59,921 nt of DNA from a virus. How positions within the stretch are numbered: position 1 is the stretch's first letter; each line of letters opens with the position of its first letter. The notes below the pieces were generated by a model, which was not told the origin of the DNA, searched no databases, and worked only from the letters and a program-made list of their open reading frames with translations. This document shows, one piece after another, positions 35,517-43,646 of this stretch. The stretch covers positions 1 through 59,921 of the IMG/VR virus record IMGVR_UViG_3300032080_000006. One strand, written 5' to 3'. The translations under genes and the position numbers were made by a program.

Positions 35517-37564
35517 AGCACGGCACCGATGTCGCGCAAGATCTCGTGGGTCTCGCGGGTGTAGAAGTCGAAATCGACATCATCCGGAAACGCATCGGGC
35601 AGCTCCATCAACGGCATCGCGTTGTCTGCGCCTGCGACCTTTGCACCCGAACTGACAGAGACGATCGGGGTGTTCGTTACATCCGAGCGATACCACCGCA
35701 CCACCTTGCCCAGGTACTCGCTGGAGTCGATGCGCGTGGCATTGGCCAGGGCACGCTTGTAGGCCTCGCCAAGGGTCAGGTGGCCGTCGTCGTCGAAGTT
35801 GTAACTGTCGCTAGCCGGGCCGGCCCACCTCTTCAACTTGCCCACCATTTCCATCTCCCAGCCCGTCTTCGCCAGGAGTTCTTCCTTGGTGGCGTGCTCT
35901 GGCGCCGGAGTGTAGCCCTGCACCTTCATCGCACCACCCTTGCAGTTGCGCACCGTCAGGAACTTGCGGATGTCATCGCACGAATCAATGGTTGCGGCCA
36001 CCGGGGTTCCGTGGACCAGGTACTGCACCGCGGCCTCAACGCAGATGGCATTCTGCGGGTTCTTGGTGATGCCGAAGTCCGCGTAAACGCCCTTGCCCTT
36101 GTGGTAGGTCAGGCTGCCGTCCTTGTTCTGCTTCGGCTTCTCGTAAATCGCGATGTAGTTGTTGACGTTGGCCGAATAGAGCGCCTTGTAGCGCGTCTCC
36201 TCCGTGGTGTACCCGGTGTCGAACTCCCAGGACAACATGATGTAGGCCAGGTCGTTGATCCGATCGCGCGGGCAGCGAATGACGATGCCGTCTGTGTTGC
36301 CTGAGACGACACTGATGCCCTCCTCCTCCAGGGTCTCGATCAGCATCAGCAGCGCCAGCTGGCCCGTGAGCGTGGTCTGGATCATCAGGTCGGGTGCGTA
36401 CAGGACCGACCACTTGCTCCCGAACTTGCCGAAGGATCCGTTGATGGTGATCTTCAGCGCTTCGTCGGTCACCTTGTCGCCGGTCTTCTTGGCCACTACG
36501 CGTCGGGCCACGATCTTGCTGTAAACGCGCAGGAAGTCCTCTCCCAGCTGTTTGGGGTACAGGCGGCAGTTGAGGATGGTCTGGGGGTAGTAGGCCCGCA
36601 CATCGCGATCCAGGAGGATGTAGTCCTCATCGCTGACATAGCTGACGCAGCTTTCAGTCGAGTGCAGCCCGCCGATACCCATCGAATAGACCGAGCGGCC
36701 CATGCGCACCTTCAGATCACTCAGGGCTTTCGGCTCTTGCAGCTTGTCGCTACCGGTGATGATGAACGGCGAGGTCCTGGCCACTTCCAGGATGTCCTGC
36801 ATCTGCTTGGTCTTGAACTGGATGAAAGCCGGCGGCTTGTAGAAAAACGTCGTGCCCGGCTTGATCTCGGGGCGATACAGCTTGCGGCCCTTGATCTTCT
36901 CGATCTCGCTCTTGATCACCGCCTCGGCCACCTGCGCATCCGACTTCGAGCGCATGTCGATGCCGTATTCCTTGCTCATGTTCTCGCGCAGGAGGATCTG
37001 CGGAGCACGGTTCTCGGCCAGGTCGATGGTGGTGTCCAGGTCGTTGCCGTTGTAAGGAATGAGCACCTTGCGATCGGCCGGCGTGATGATGGCCGCCTCG
37101 TGGATCGGTAGATCCTGCAGACGCTTCGAACCCATGCGCCCGCCGTAGGTCTTCAGGCTGATCGCAACACCAGGTGCCATCTCGATCAGGTCGATGTGGT
37201 CAACATAGCCCGGCGTGTCGCACTCGTAGAGGTCGCGAAACTGCCAGGGTTTGATACCGCCCACGATGATCTTGTCACCAGCGGCCTTGATCTCTTCAGT
37301 GTCGGCGCCGCTAAGCGCGAGCGAGAGGATCGGCATGTCGTAGTTCATGCCGTTGAACGTGATCACCGTATGGGTGCGAAGGATGGTTTTGATCCGATCC
37401 TTGTTCGGCGTGAAAGTGTCGATTGTGCGCGGCACACCTGGCCGCGGCTTGAACATCTCGAAGTAGACGAACGTCCGGCTGACAAAACTCTTGATGCCGA
37501 GCAGGAAGTAGTTCTTGTAGCTCTCAATGTCGAGCGCCGCACGGGTGCGGTTGGGGATACGCAT
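35513..37564 (-). CDS. DNA polymerase with 3'-5' exonuclease; the motifs look family-B-like
   Basis: Exonuclease motifs: LDIESY, FNGMNYDMP, YNGNDLD. Polymerase motifs: DRDVRAYYPQ (A-like), KITINGSFGKFG (B-like), SGNTDGIVI (C-like). Confidence 0.8.
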   Translation of the reverse strand: MRIPNRTRAALDIESYKNYFLLGIKSFVSRTFVYFEMFKPRPGVPRTIDTFTPNKDRIKTILRTHTVITFNGMNYDMPILSLALSGADTEEIKAAGDKIIVGGIKPWQFRDLYECDTPGYVDHIDLIEMAPGVAISLKTYGGRMGSKRLQDLPIHEAAIITPADRKVLIPYNGNDLDTTIDLAENRAPQILLRENMSKEYGIDMRSKSDAQVAEAVIKSEIEKIKGRKLYRPEIKPGTTFFYKPPAFIQFKTKQMQDILEVARTSPFIITGSDKLQEPKALSDLKVRMGRSVYSMGIGGLHSTESCVSYVSDEDYILLDRDVRAYYPQTILNCRLYPKQLGEDFLRVYSKIVARRVVAKKTGDKVTDEALKITINGSFGKFGSKWSVLYAPDLMIQTTLTGQLALLMLIETLEEEGISVVSGNTDGIVIRCPRDRINDLAYIMLSWEFDTGYTTEETRYKALYSANVNNYIAIYEKPKQNKDGSLTYHKGKGVYADFGITKNPQNAICVEAAVQYLVHGTPVAATIDSCDDIRKFLTVRNCKGGAMKVQGYTPAPEHATKEELLAKTGWEMEMVGKLKRWAGPASDSYNFDDDGHLTLGEAYKRALANATRIDSSEYLGKVVRWYRSDVTNTPIVSVSSGAKVAGADNAMPLMELPDAFPDDVDFDFYTRETHEILRDIGAVL

Positions 37565-37620
37565 TAGGTTGTGCCTCTATGCAATGGCGGCTAGGCCGCA
37601 GAAAAACGCGAGGGTCTTGC

Positions 37621-37655
37621 AATAAAAAAGGCCCCCCGGTCTATCCGAGGGGCCT
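37621..37655 (-). terminator. Strong intrinsic terminator/attenuator between the SSB-like gene and the polymerase gene
   Basis: Minus strand reads AGGCCCCtCGGatagaCCGgGGGGCCT followed by TTTTTTATT. Confidence 0.65.
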
Positions 37656-37666
37656 CGTGCCGCTAC

Positions 37667-38299
37667 TTACAGATCGGCGTCATCACCGTCGTTGTCGTCG
37701 TCGATGCCCTCGCCCTCGATCGGCTCGAACACACCTTCGTCGTCGATACGACCTTCACCGAACGCTTCACCATCGTCGAAGAACTGGACCGCGACCAGGC
37801 CGCAGTTGATGCGCTTGCCGTAGCCGGCGCCAGTCTTCTTGCCATCCTGATACCACAAGCGGATCAGCACGTTGCCGAAGCAGCCACCGTAGAAGGTCTC
37901 GGCGATGTCGTCTTTCTCCATCGGCAGTCCGCGACGATTGCGAACACTGATCTTGCGCGATTCCCGCGCCGAGATCGTCCAATGGTCTTCGTATTCCGGC
38001 TTGTCGCTGTCGTCGCCATCGCGCAGGCACAACTTGTCCTTGGCGATCTTGCCGGCATCGTTCGCCGTGATCAACTTCTTGATTTCCGCATCGACCAGGG
38101 CGTGCACGGCCTTGTGATGCGTCTTGTTCAACATCGAGACAACGCCGTATTTCGGCTTGCCCTCTTCGCCCTTGTCGTTGGTACCGGCATACGGCTCATC
38201 CAGGTGCGGGTGCGACAAGCGAACCTTTTCCAGGAGGATGCAGCCATCGGAGTACAACTTGCCGTTCTTCACGGTCTTGACGATCTCACGAGTTGCCAT
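37667..38299 (-). CDS. ssDNA-binding protein, DUF2815 / T7 gp2.5-like
   Basis: 210 aa lying between the nuclease and polymerase genes. Acidic C-terminal tail GIDDDNDGDDADL as in gp2.5-type SSBs. Confidence 0.7.
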   Translation of the reverse strand: MATREIVKTVKNGKLYSDGCILLEKVRLSHPHLDEPYAGTNDKGEEGKPKYGVVSMLNKTHHKAVHALVDAEIKKLITANDAGKIAKDKLCLRDGDDSDKPEYEDHWTISARESRKISVRNRRGLPMEKDDIAETFYGGCFGNVLIRLWYQDGKKTGAGYGKRINCGLVAVQFFDDGEAFGEGRIDDEGVFEPIEGEGIDDDNDGDDADL

Positions 38300-38352
38300 T
38301 TGCGCTTTCCTATTTAACGGATTTTCGGATTAAGGGGTGTTGCTAGGGACCG

Positions 38353-39654
38353 TCACAACTCATCAGCGTCCAGGTCATCAAACACTGAGTCGAGTGCGGC
38401 TTCAATCGGCTGCCGCTTATCGGTCAGCGGTGCCAATGTGGGTCGGCCTTGCGGCCGGAATGCGAGTGGGGTGACGATGAGCGGAATGACGGCACGCGGC
38501 ACGCCGCTCTTGCGCAACAACTCCTCTGCCTGAGCAGGGGTGATCATGGAACGGGGTTGCACCTGGTCGAGCGTCAAACCCGCCTTGGTGAGGCTCTTGG
38601 TCGCCTTGGCCTGGCTGATGAACTTGCGGTTGGTGCGCGACTCGACCAGCTTCTTGCCGGGAATCGCCTCACCTTCGATGCCGCGCCGCTCCAACTCATC
38701 GTCGACAGACTTCCACCAGGCCTCTGACGACTTCCGGTACTGCACCAGGTGCGCAAGCATCTTGGTCGACATGCGCTTCGCCGGCACCGGCACCGGATTG
38801 AACTTGCCGCTTTCCAGGCGTTCGCCCAGATCGTCCATGTCCTCTTCGGTGATCTCGGCTTCCAGGTCAGAGAACACGCCGTCGAGCATGCGCTCCTCGA
38901 ACACAGCGCGCGCCATGCAGTCGTTCTTGATCTTGCACCACTGGCATCCGTCCTCCGAGGGCTTGCGCGGCGCATTCGGCTGCCAGGCAGCGTGCGCACG
39001 TTCGCGAGCGTATTCGGCAAACTCCAGCAGCTCAGCGCGGGTGATCGTCCAGGTATCGAAGTGGCCCAGCCGCGGCTGGCAGATACGAATCGTGATCTTC
39101 TCGAAGTGGTACCACTCGTCGTACTCCTGGAATGCACCGTAGGCGTAAAGCAGGCCCTGAGTGTTGCCCTGCGCAAAGACCTGGATGCCCTTGCCGTACT
39201 TCAGATCGGTCACCACCAGGTGGCCCGGCAGACAGGTGATGCAGTCGCTCGTGCCCTTCTGGTTTGGAATCGGCGTCAGGTCGGAGAAGTCGACGCGGAC
39301 CTCAACGTATCGGTCGCCGGCCAGCTCCAGGCACCACGTGACGTACTCCTCCACGAAGTCAAGCATGACCTCGTCGATCTCGATGTCGAAGACCTGCTCG
39401 CCCTCGCGGATCGACATGATCTCGCCGATGCGATGCTTGGGCTTGTAGCCGGTGTTCAGCCACTCTTCGCCGACGTCGTGCGCGACGGTACCGGTCGCGG
39501 CGTCAATGCCTGCGGTGTCGTGCGCCATGAGGTTCGGAATCAGCGACCCGCTGCAGGTCATCCACATCTTCGACGAAGAGGGTGCGAAGGCCGAGTGACC
39601 ATTCAATCGCAGCTCAAGCTCTTCGAGGTTAATGGGGATCAGCTTCGACATCAC
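38353..39654 (-). CDS. PD-(D/E)XK Cas4-like exonuclease (DUF2800-type)
   Basis: GTSDCITC...VVTDLKYGKG nuclease core and a C-terminal CQWCKIKNDC cysteine cluster. AGG SD before ATG 39654. Confidence 0.8.
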   Translation of the reverse strand: MMSKLIPINLEELELRLNGHSAFAPSSSKMWMTCSGSLIPNLMAHDTAGIDAATGTVAHDVGEEWLNTGYKPKHRIGEIMSIREGEQVFDIEIDEVMLDFVEEYVTWCLELAGDRYVEVRVDFSDLTPIPNQKGTSDCITCLPGHLVVTDLKYGKGIQVFAQGNTQGLLYAYGAFQEYDEWYHFEKITIRICQPRLGHFDTWTITRAELLEFAEYARERAHAAWQPNAPRKPSEDGCQWCKIKNDCMARAVFEERMLDGVFSDLEAEITEEDMDDLGERLESGKFNPVPVPAKRMSTKMLAHLVQYRKSSEAWWKSVDDELERRGIEGEAIPGKKLVESRTNRKFISQAKATKSLTKAGLTLDQVQPRSMITPAQAEELLRKSGVPRAVIPLIVTPLAFRPQGRPTLAPLTDKRQPIEAALDSVFDDLDADEL

Positions 39655-39821
39655 TACCTCGGCAGAACATGGTGGGGTCGGTCGGCACCTACAGTCCCCC
39701 GACTACGGACGCTTTCGACCCCATGAAAAGTGCTGGCTTGCGCGCTGCGTCCGCACCGGTCCAGCGAATGCAGAGTTGAAATTAAGACAGGGTTCGCATC
39801 CTATCCACTGCACTCTTTTCG

Positions 39822-39942
39822 AAAGCGCACATTGCGGTGTGACGTCGCAAGAGCTTACCCCAATTGGCTGCTGGGCCTTCTCTTTACGCGATCCCTGCCA
39901 AGGATCGCAACTAACAACGTCACACCGCAATGTGCACGCTTT
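39822..39942. repeat. Long inverted repeat 1: an 18-bp perfect stem plus a further 6 bp, with a 71-nt interior that holds a 7-bp sub-hairpin
   Basis: aaagcgcacattgcggtgtgacgt (39822-39845) pairs with acgtcacaccgcaatgtgCAcgcttt (39917-39942). Inner stem gcgatcc/ggatcgc at 39888-39908. Confidence 0.85.
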
Positions 39943-40009
39943 GAGGAAACGCCTGACCTTTGCAGGCGGCCGCGCCGACACGTCGGCACACAGGCGTTTC
40001 CTCAAAGCG
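39937..40009. repeat. Long inverted repeat 2: a perfect 19-bp stem with a 35-nt loop that contains the palindrome gccgacACgtcggc
   Basis: cgctttgaggaaacgcctg (39937-39955) pairs with caggcgtttcctcaaagcg (39991-40009). It shares CGCTTT with the right arm of IR1. Confidence 0.9.
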
Positions 40010-40077
40010 CCCTCGGCAGGCATGTTCACCTCCGAGGACGCACTACACCCGAAGCCGTAGCTCCCGGTCAAGCGGTA

Positions 40078-40458
40078 TTACATTTCTTCGCCTTCGCCGT
40101 CTTCACCTTCACCCGCACCGGCACGCAGCTCGGCGAGCTTGGCTTCCGCCAGCTTGAAGACGCGGTCGAAATCCTTTTCCAGGATGTCGCCCATCTTCTT
40201 GTAGCCCAGCGGCTGGAAGACTGCACGCGCCTGGTCGAGGTCGAATTCATCCTTGATCAGGGTCAGCGCCGCGGTGACTTCTTCCTGGGTGCGCTTCTGC
40301 TTTCCGGCGGCAGCGGGCTTGCCGGCAGCTGCGGGTTTGCCTGCGGCGGCAGGCTTGTCGGCCGGGGCAGTGGCGGCCTTCGTGCCGCTGCCAGCGTGGG
40401 CGGCGGTGTTGCGGTCCAGGGCTTCGATCAGGAGGCTGATCTGATTTTCGATGCTCAT
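40078..40458 (-). CDS. Hypothetical protein with a (KPAAAG)x3 linker and an acidic tail; first gene of the long leftward train
   Basis: ATG 40458 (MSIENQISLLIEALDR). The upstream 35 aa of the track ORF lie in the promoter region. Confidence 0.6.
   Translation of the reverse strand: MSIENQISLLIEALDRNTAAHAGSGTKAATAPADKPAAAGKPAAAGKPAAAGKQKRTQEEVTAALTLIKDEFDLDQARAVFQPLGYKKMGDILEKDFDRVFKLAEAKLAELRAGAGEGEDGEGEEM
40303..40356 (-). repeat. Three tandem 18-nt units encoding KPAAAG
   Basis: Units at 40303-40320, 40321-40338 and 40339-40356 differ only at synonymous positions. Confidence 0.8.
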
Positions 40459-40510
40459 CTTCGGTTCCTTTGTTGTCGGTATTTGAGTCCGGCGACTTGC
40501 CGGCGCCGAC

Positions 40511-40541
40511 ACAGTAGGCCTGAGCGAAATCTGGGTGTCAA
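40511..40541 (-). promoter_or_regulatory. Possible leftward promoter for the replication/structural train
   Basis: TTGACA (complement of 40536-40541) and TACTGT (complement of 40511-40516), but the spacer is 19 nt. Confidence 0.3.
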
Positions 40542-40556
40542 CAGTTTTTTTGAGTA

Positions 40557-40584
40557 TTGACAAATTAAGGCATCCGCATAGGCT
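40557..40584 (+). promoter_or_regulatory. Rightward sigma70-like promoter
   Basis: TTGACA 40557-40562, 16-nt spacer, TAGGCT 40579-40584. ATG 40594 lies only about 10 nt downstream. Confidence 0.45.
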
Positions 40585-40593
40585 GACGCACGA

Positions 40594-40896
40594 ATGGCAT
40601 CAGTTCGCATGTCGATGGGCACTACCATGAAATATCCGAAATGGGTCACCGAGGCCCCCAAGAAGAAGCAGGCGTCAGTGAAGCTCCTCTATCACTTCCG
40701 CCTCGCCGCGCTGCAAGATAACCCGAAGGCATCGCTGGTGGCAGTTACAGATAAAATTGGCTACTCGCGCGAAGCAGTGCACATGTGCATTCGTCGCGGC
40801 TATGTGTCGCGCGGCATCGCTGCGTGCATGGAGAAGCATTTCGATCAGGACGTCTTCCCGACAATCATCATGGCCCGCGAAGGCCTGATCAAGTAA
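40594..40896 (+). CDS. HTH DNA-binding regulator candidate (100 aa)
   Basis: SLVAVTDKIGYSREAVHMCIRRGYVS is a helix-turn-helix pattern. First gene after the divergent promoter. The start may instead be ATG 40627. Confidence 0.6.
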   Translation: MASVRMSMGTTMKYPKWVTEAPKKKQASVKLLYHFRLAALQDNPKASLVAVTDKIGYSREAVHMCIRRGYVSRGIAACMEKHFDQDVFPTIIMAREGLIK

Positions 40897-40906
40897 CGAG
40901 GTCCGC

Positions 40907-43459
40907 GTGGCTATCAAAGAAAAAAGCGGCTACCTAGCCCGCTACGGCGAAGTGCTCGCCGAGAACGGCTACAGGGTTGTGCCCATCGAGATCGGCGCCA
41001 AAAAGCCGGTGTTCAAACAGTGGAACCACCTGCACGCCAACACATCGGCGGTGCTGGATTGGGTCGCCAGTGGCATGGGCGAAAACGGCGTCGGCATCAT
41101 CACCAAATACACGCCGGCCATTGACATCGACGTGCTGGATGAAGACGTCGCGCAGAAGATCCAGGACTGGTGCCACGAAAACCTCGGCCCGGCGCCGGTG
41201 CGCTTCGGCAACAAGACGAAACGGCTGCTGCTCTACCGCACCGACATCCCTTTCACGAAGCAGAAAAGCGCCGTGTTCGAGGACGAGTGGAAGCAACGCA
41301 ACCACGTCGAAGCGCTGGGCGACGGGCAGCAGTTCGTGGCCTATCACATCCATCCCGACACCAACATGCCGTACCGGTGGGACACGGACGAGACACCGGA
41401 GAACACGCCGGCCAAGCAGCTCACGCTGATCACGGTCGACCAGCTCGAAGCGTTGATGGATTTCGCCGAGAGCCTGTTCGCCGAAGAAGAATGGGTCCAG
41501 GTCAAGAAGCGGCAGATGGGTTCGGGCGCAAACCCGGACGATCCGTTCGCCGACGTCCAGAGCACCGTCAACATCGATGAGGACGAGCTGCGGCGCATGC
41601 TGCTGATCGTGCCGGGCGCCGAGGACTACGAGCGCTGGTACGAGATCGGCATGGCGCTGTTCCACCAGTTCGATGGCCAGGATACCGGCTTCGACATGTG
41701 GAAAGAGTGGTCTGCCACTGCCGACAACTACGACGAGAAGGCCCTGCGGCCGAAGTGGAAGTCGTTTCAGGTCGAGGGGAAGGCGAAGTCGCCGATCACA
41801 GCGCGCTCGATCATCAAGCTGGCGCGCGAGGCCGAAGAAACTGCCGCGCTGGTGGAAGTCCAAATGCTCCGTGGCGCCTTCCGGGGTGCGACGAGCGAGA
41901 AGGAGTGGAATGACGCATGCGCGAAGGTGCGCAAGTCGCAGATCGGATCAGTGGCCAGGTCAGAACTGACGGAGTTGGCCAAGGATCGCTACAAGCACAT
42001 CACCGGCGGCAAGATCAGCATTGGTCCGCTGCGGCAGGCGCTCGCCTACGATTCCTCGAAGGAAGGCATGCCGGGCTGGTGCCGGGAATGGGTGTACGAC
42101 ACCAGTGACGACCGCTTCGTCAATCGCCAGTCCAAGATCACGTTGACCATGCAGGGCTTCAACGCGGCCAACTCGCGCCTAGCGTTGAGCAAGAAGGACA
42201 TCCTGGACGGCCGCACTCAGCCCGCGGCGCCGGCCTCGGATCTTGCGCTCAACATCTACCGGATCCCGGTGGTGAACGGACGCATGTTCGCGCCTGGCGA
42301 AGACATCATCTTCGACGACGGCGGCCGCACCTGGATCAACACCTACCGCAACGACTTGGCACCGGATATTCCGGTGAAGCTGGGTAAGCGCGACCGCCGC
42401 AACATCAACCTGGTCGACAACCACATCCGCCATCTGCTGCCGAACGAGCAGGAGTACGGATACCTGAAGCACTGGCTCGCCTTCATCGTGCAAAACCCGG
42501 GCGAACTCACGCGCTGGGCGGTCATGCTCCAGGGCACCGAAGGTGACGGGAAGAGCTTCTTCATGTTCCTGCTCAAGGCGGTGCTGGGATCGACCAATGT
42601 CAAGCCCGTCAATGCGAGCACGCTCGAATCGAACTTCACCGACTGGGCGCATGGTGCGCAGGTGATCTTCATCGAAGAGGCCCGCATGCTCGGGCACGGC
42701 AGCGCCGACGTGCTGAACAAGATCAAGCCCAACATCACCAACAAGGAAATCGAGATCCATCCGAAGGGCAAGCCGCCGGTGGGCGTGCGCAATACGGCCA
42801 ACTACTTCATCACGTCCAACTTCAAGAACGCGATGCCGATCGGCGACAACGACCGGCGCTATGGCGTCTTCTTCAGCCAGTGGCAGTCCAAGGAACAGTT
42901 GACCGCGTTCAAGGCGCAGCATCCGACCTACTACCGCGAGCTGTACGACACGTTGGTGCAATCGCCGGGCGCCCTGCGCAAATGGCTGCTGCAGATGGAC
43001 ATCCCGCAGGATTTCATCGAGATGGGTGAGGCGCCGATCACCAAGGCCCACAAGATCATGTCCAACGCCGCGACGCCGCAGTTCATCCGCGACATGCGAC
43101 AGATGATAGAGGAGCGTCTGAGCCCGCTGATCACCACGGACCTGATCAGCATGACCGAGCTGACCGAACTGCTGGGCGAAAGTGGTGCCGACATCCCAGA
43201 GAGCAAAACGCTCAGCCGGGTGATGGAGATCAACGGCTACACCTCGCTCGGCCGCTACATGATCGGCGAATCGCGCCACCGCTTCTGGTCCAGTCGCCCG
43301 GAGAAGTTCCCCTCGTTGACCGAGGTGCGCAAGCACGTCGCCGATGCCGCGGAGAACAGGCCTGCAGACGCTGCGCCGATCGAGAAGGTGTTCAAACGCC
43401 GGCAGCCGGATCCGGATCTGCCATTCGAAGACCTCGACGCCGAAGACGACGAGCTGTAA
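40907..43459 (+). CDS. Bifunctional primase-polymerase (Prim-Pol) / D5-P4-type helicase
   Basis: N-terminal GYRVVPIEIGAKKP...GVGIITKYTPAIDIDV Prim-Pol pattern. Walker A GTEGDGKS. 850 aa, GTG start. Confidence 0.85.
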   Translation: MAIKEKSGYLARYGEVLAENGYRVVPIEIGAKKPVFKQWNHLHANTSAVLDWVASGMGENGVGIITKYTPAIDIDVLDEDVAQKIQDWCHENLGPAPVRFGNKTKRLLLYRTDIPFTKQKSAVFEDEWKQRNHVEALGDGQQFVAYHIHPDTNMPYRWDTDETPENTPAKQLTLITVDQLEALMDFAESLFAEEEWVQVKKRQMGSGANPDDPFADVQSTVNIDEDELRRMLLIVPGAEDYERWYEIGMALFHQFDGQDTGFDMWKEWSATADNYDEKALRPKWKSFQVEGKAKSPITARSIIKLAREAEETAALVEVQMLRGAFRGATSEKEWNDACAKVRKSQIGSVARSELTELAKDRYKHITGGKISIGPLRQALAYDSSKEGMPGWCREWVYDTSDDRFVNRQSKITLTMQGFNAANSRLALSKKDILDGRTQPAAPASDLALNIYRIPVVNGRMFAPGEDIIFDDGGRTWINTYRNDLAPDIPVKLGKRDRRNINLVDNHIRHLLPNEQEYGYLKHWLAFIVQNPGELTRWAVMLQGTEGDGKSFFMFLLKAVLGSTNVKPVNASTLESNFTDWAHGAQVIFIEEARMLGHGSADVLNKIKPNITNKEIEIHPKGKPPVGVRNTANYFITSNFKNAMPIGDNDRRYGVFFSQWQSKEQLTAFKAQHPTYYRELYDTLVQSPGALRKWLLQMDIPQDFIEMGEAPITKAHKIMSNAATPQFIRDMRQMIEERLSPLITTDLISMTELTELLGESGADIPESKTLSRVMEINGYTSLGRYMIGESRHRFWSSRPEKFPSLTEVRKHVADAAENRPADAAPIEKVFKRRQPDPDLPFEDLDAEDDEL

Positions 43460-43496
43460 CGAAAAAGCCCCGGTCTCCCGGGGCTTTCTCTTTTCC
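43460..43496. terminator. Bidirectional intrinsic terminator with the same core as 655-688
   Basis: Stem agccccgg 43466-43473, loop tctc, stem ccggggct 43478-43485, T-rich tail. Sits between convergent genes. Confidence 0.7.
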
Positions 43497-43646
43497 GCTT
43501 CGGACAGTGCGCCGATTGGCTATGCAGGTGTTGCGACTTCCGAGTGTGGAACCTAGGTGCTTGATCGGCGGGATCTGTGCATGGCGCCGTGGCCTCGCCT
43601 GCTCCCCCGTCGATCAAGCGAGCCCCGATGATGCACGGCCGGCGGG

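Noticed and set aside
39703-40560. ORFs of 122 aa (minus strand) and 276 aa (plus strand) covering the 39655-40077 gap
   Set aside because: Their sequences simply mirror the inverted repeats (for example a repeated CDV...VTPQCA). They have no SD and odd composition. The region is better explained as structured non-coding DNA or RNA.
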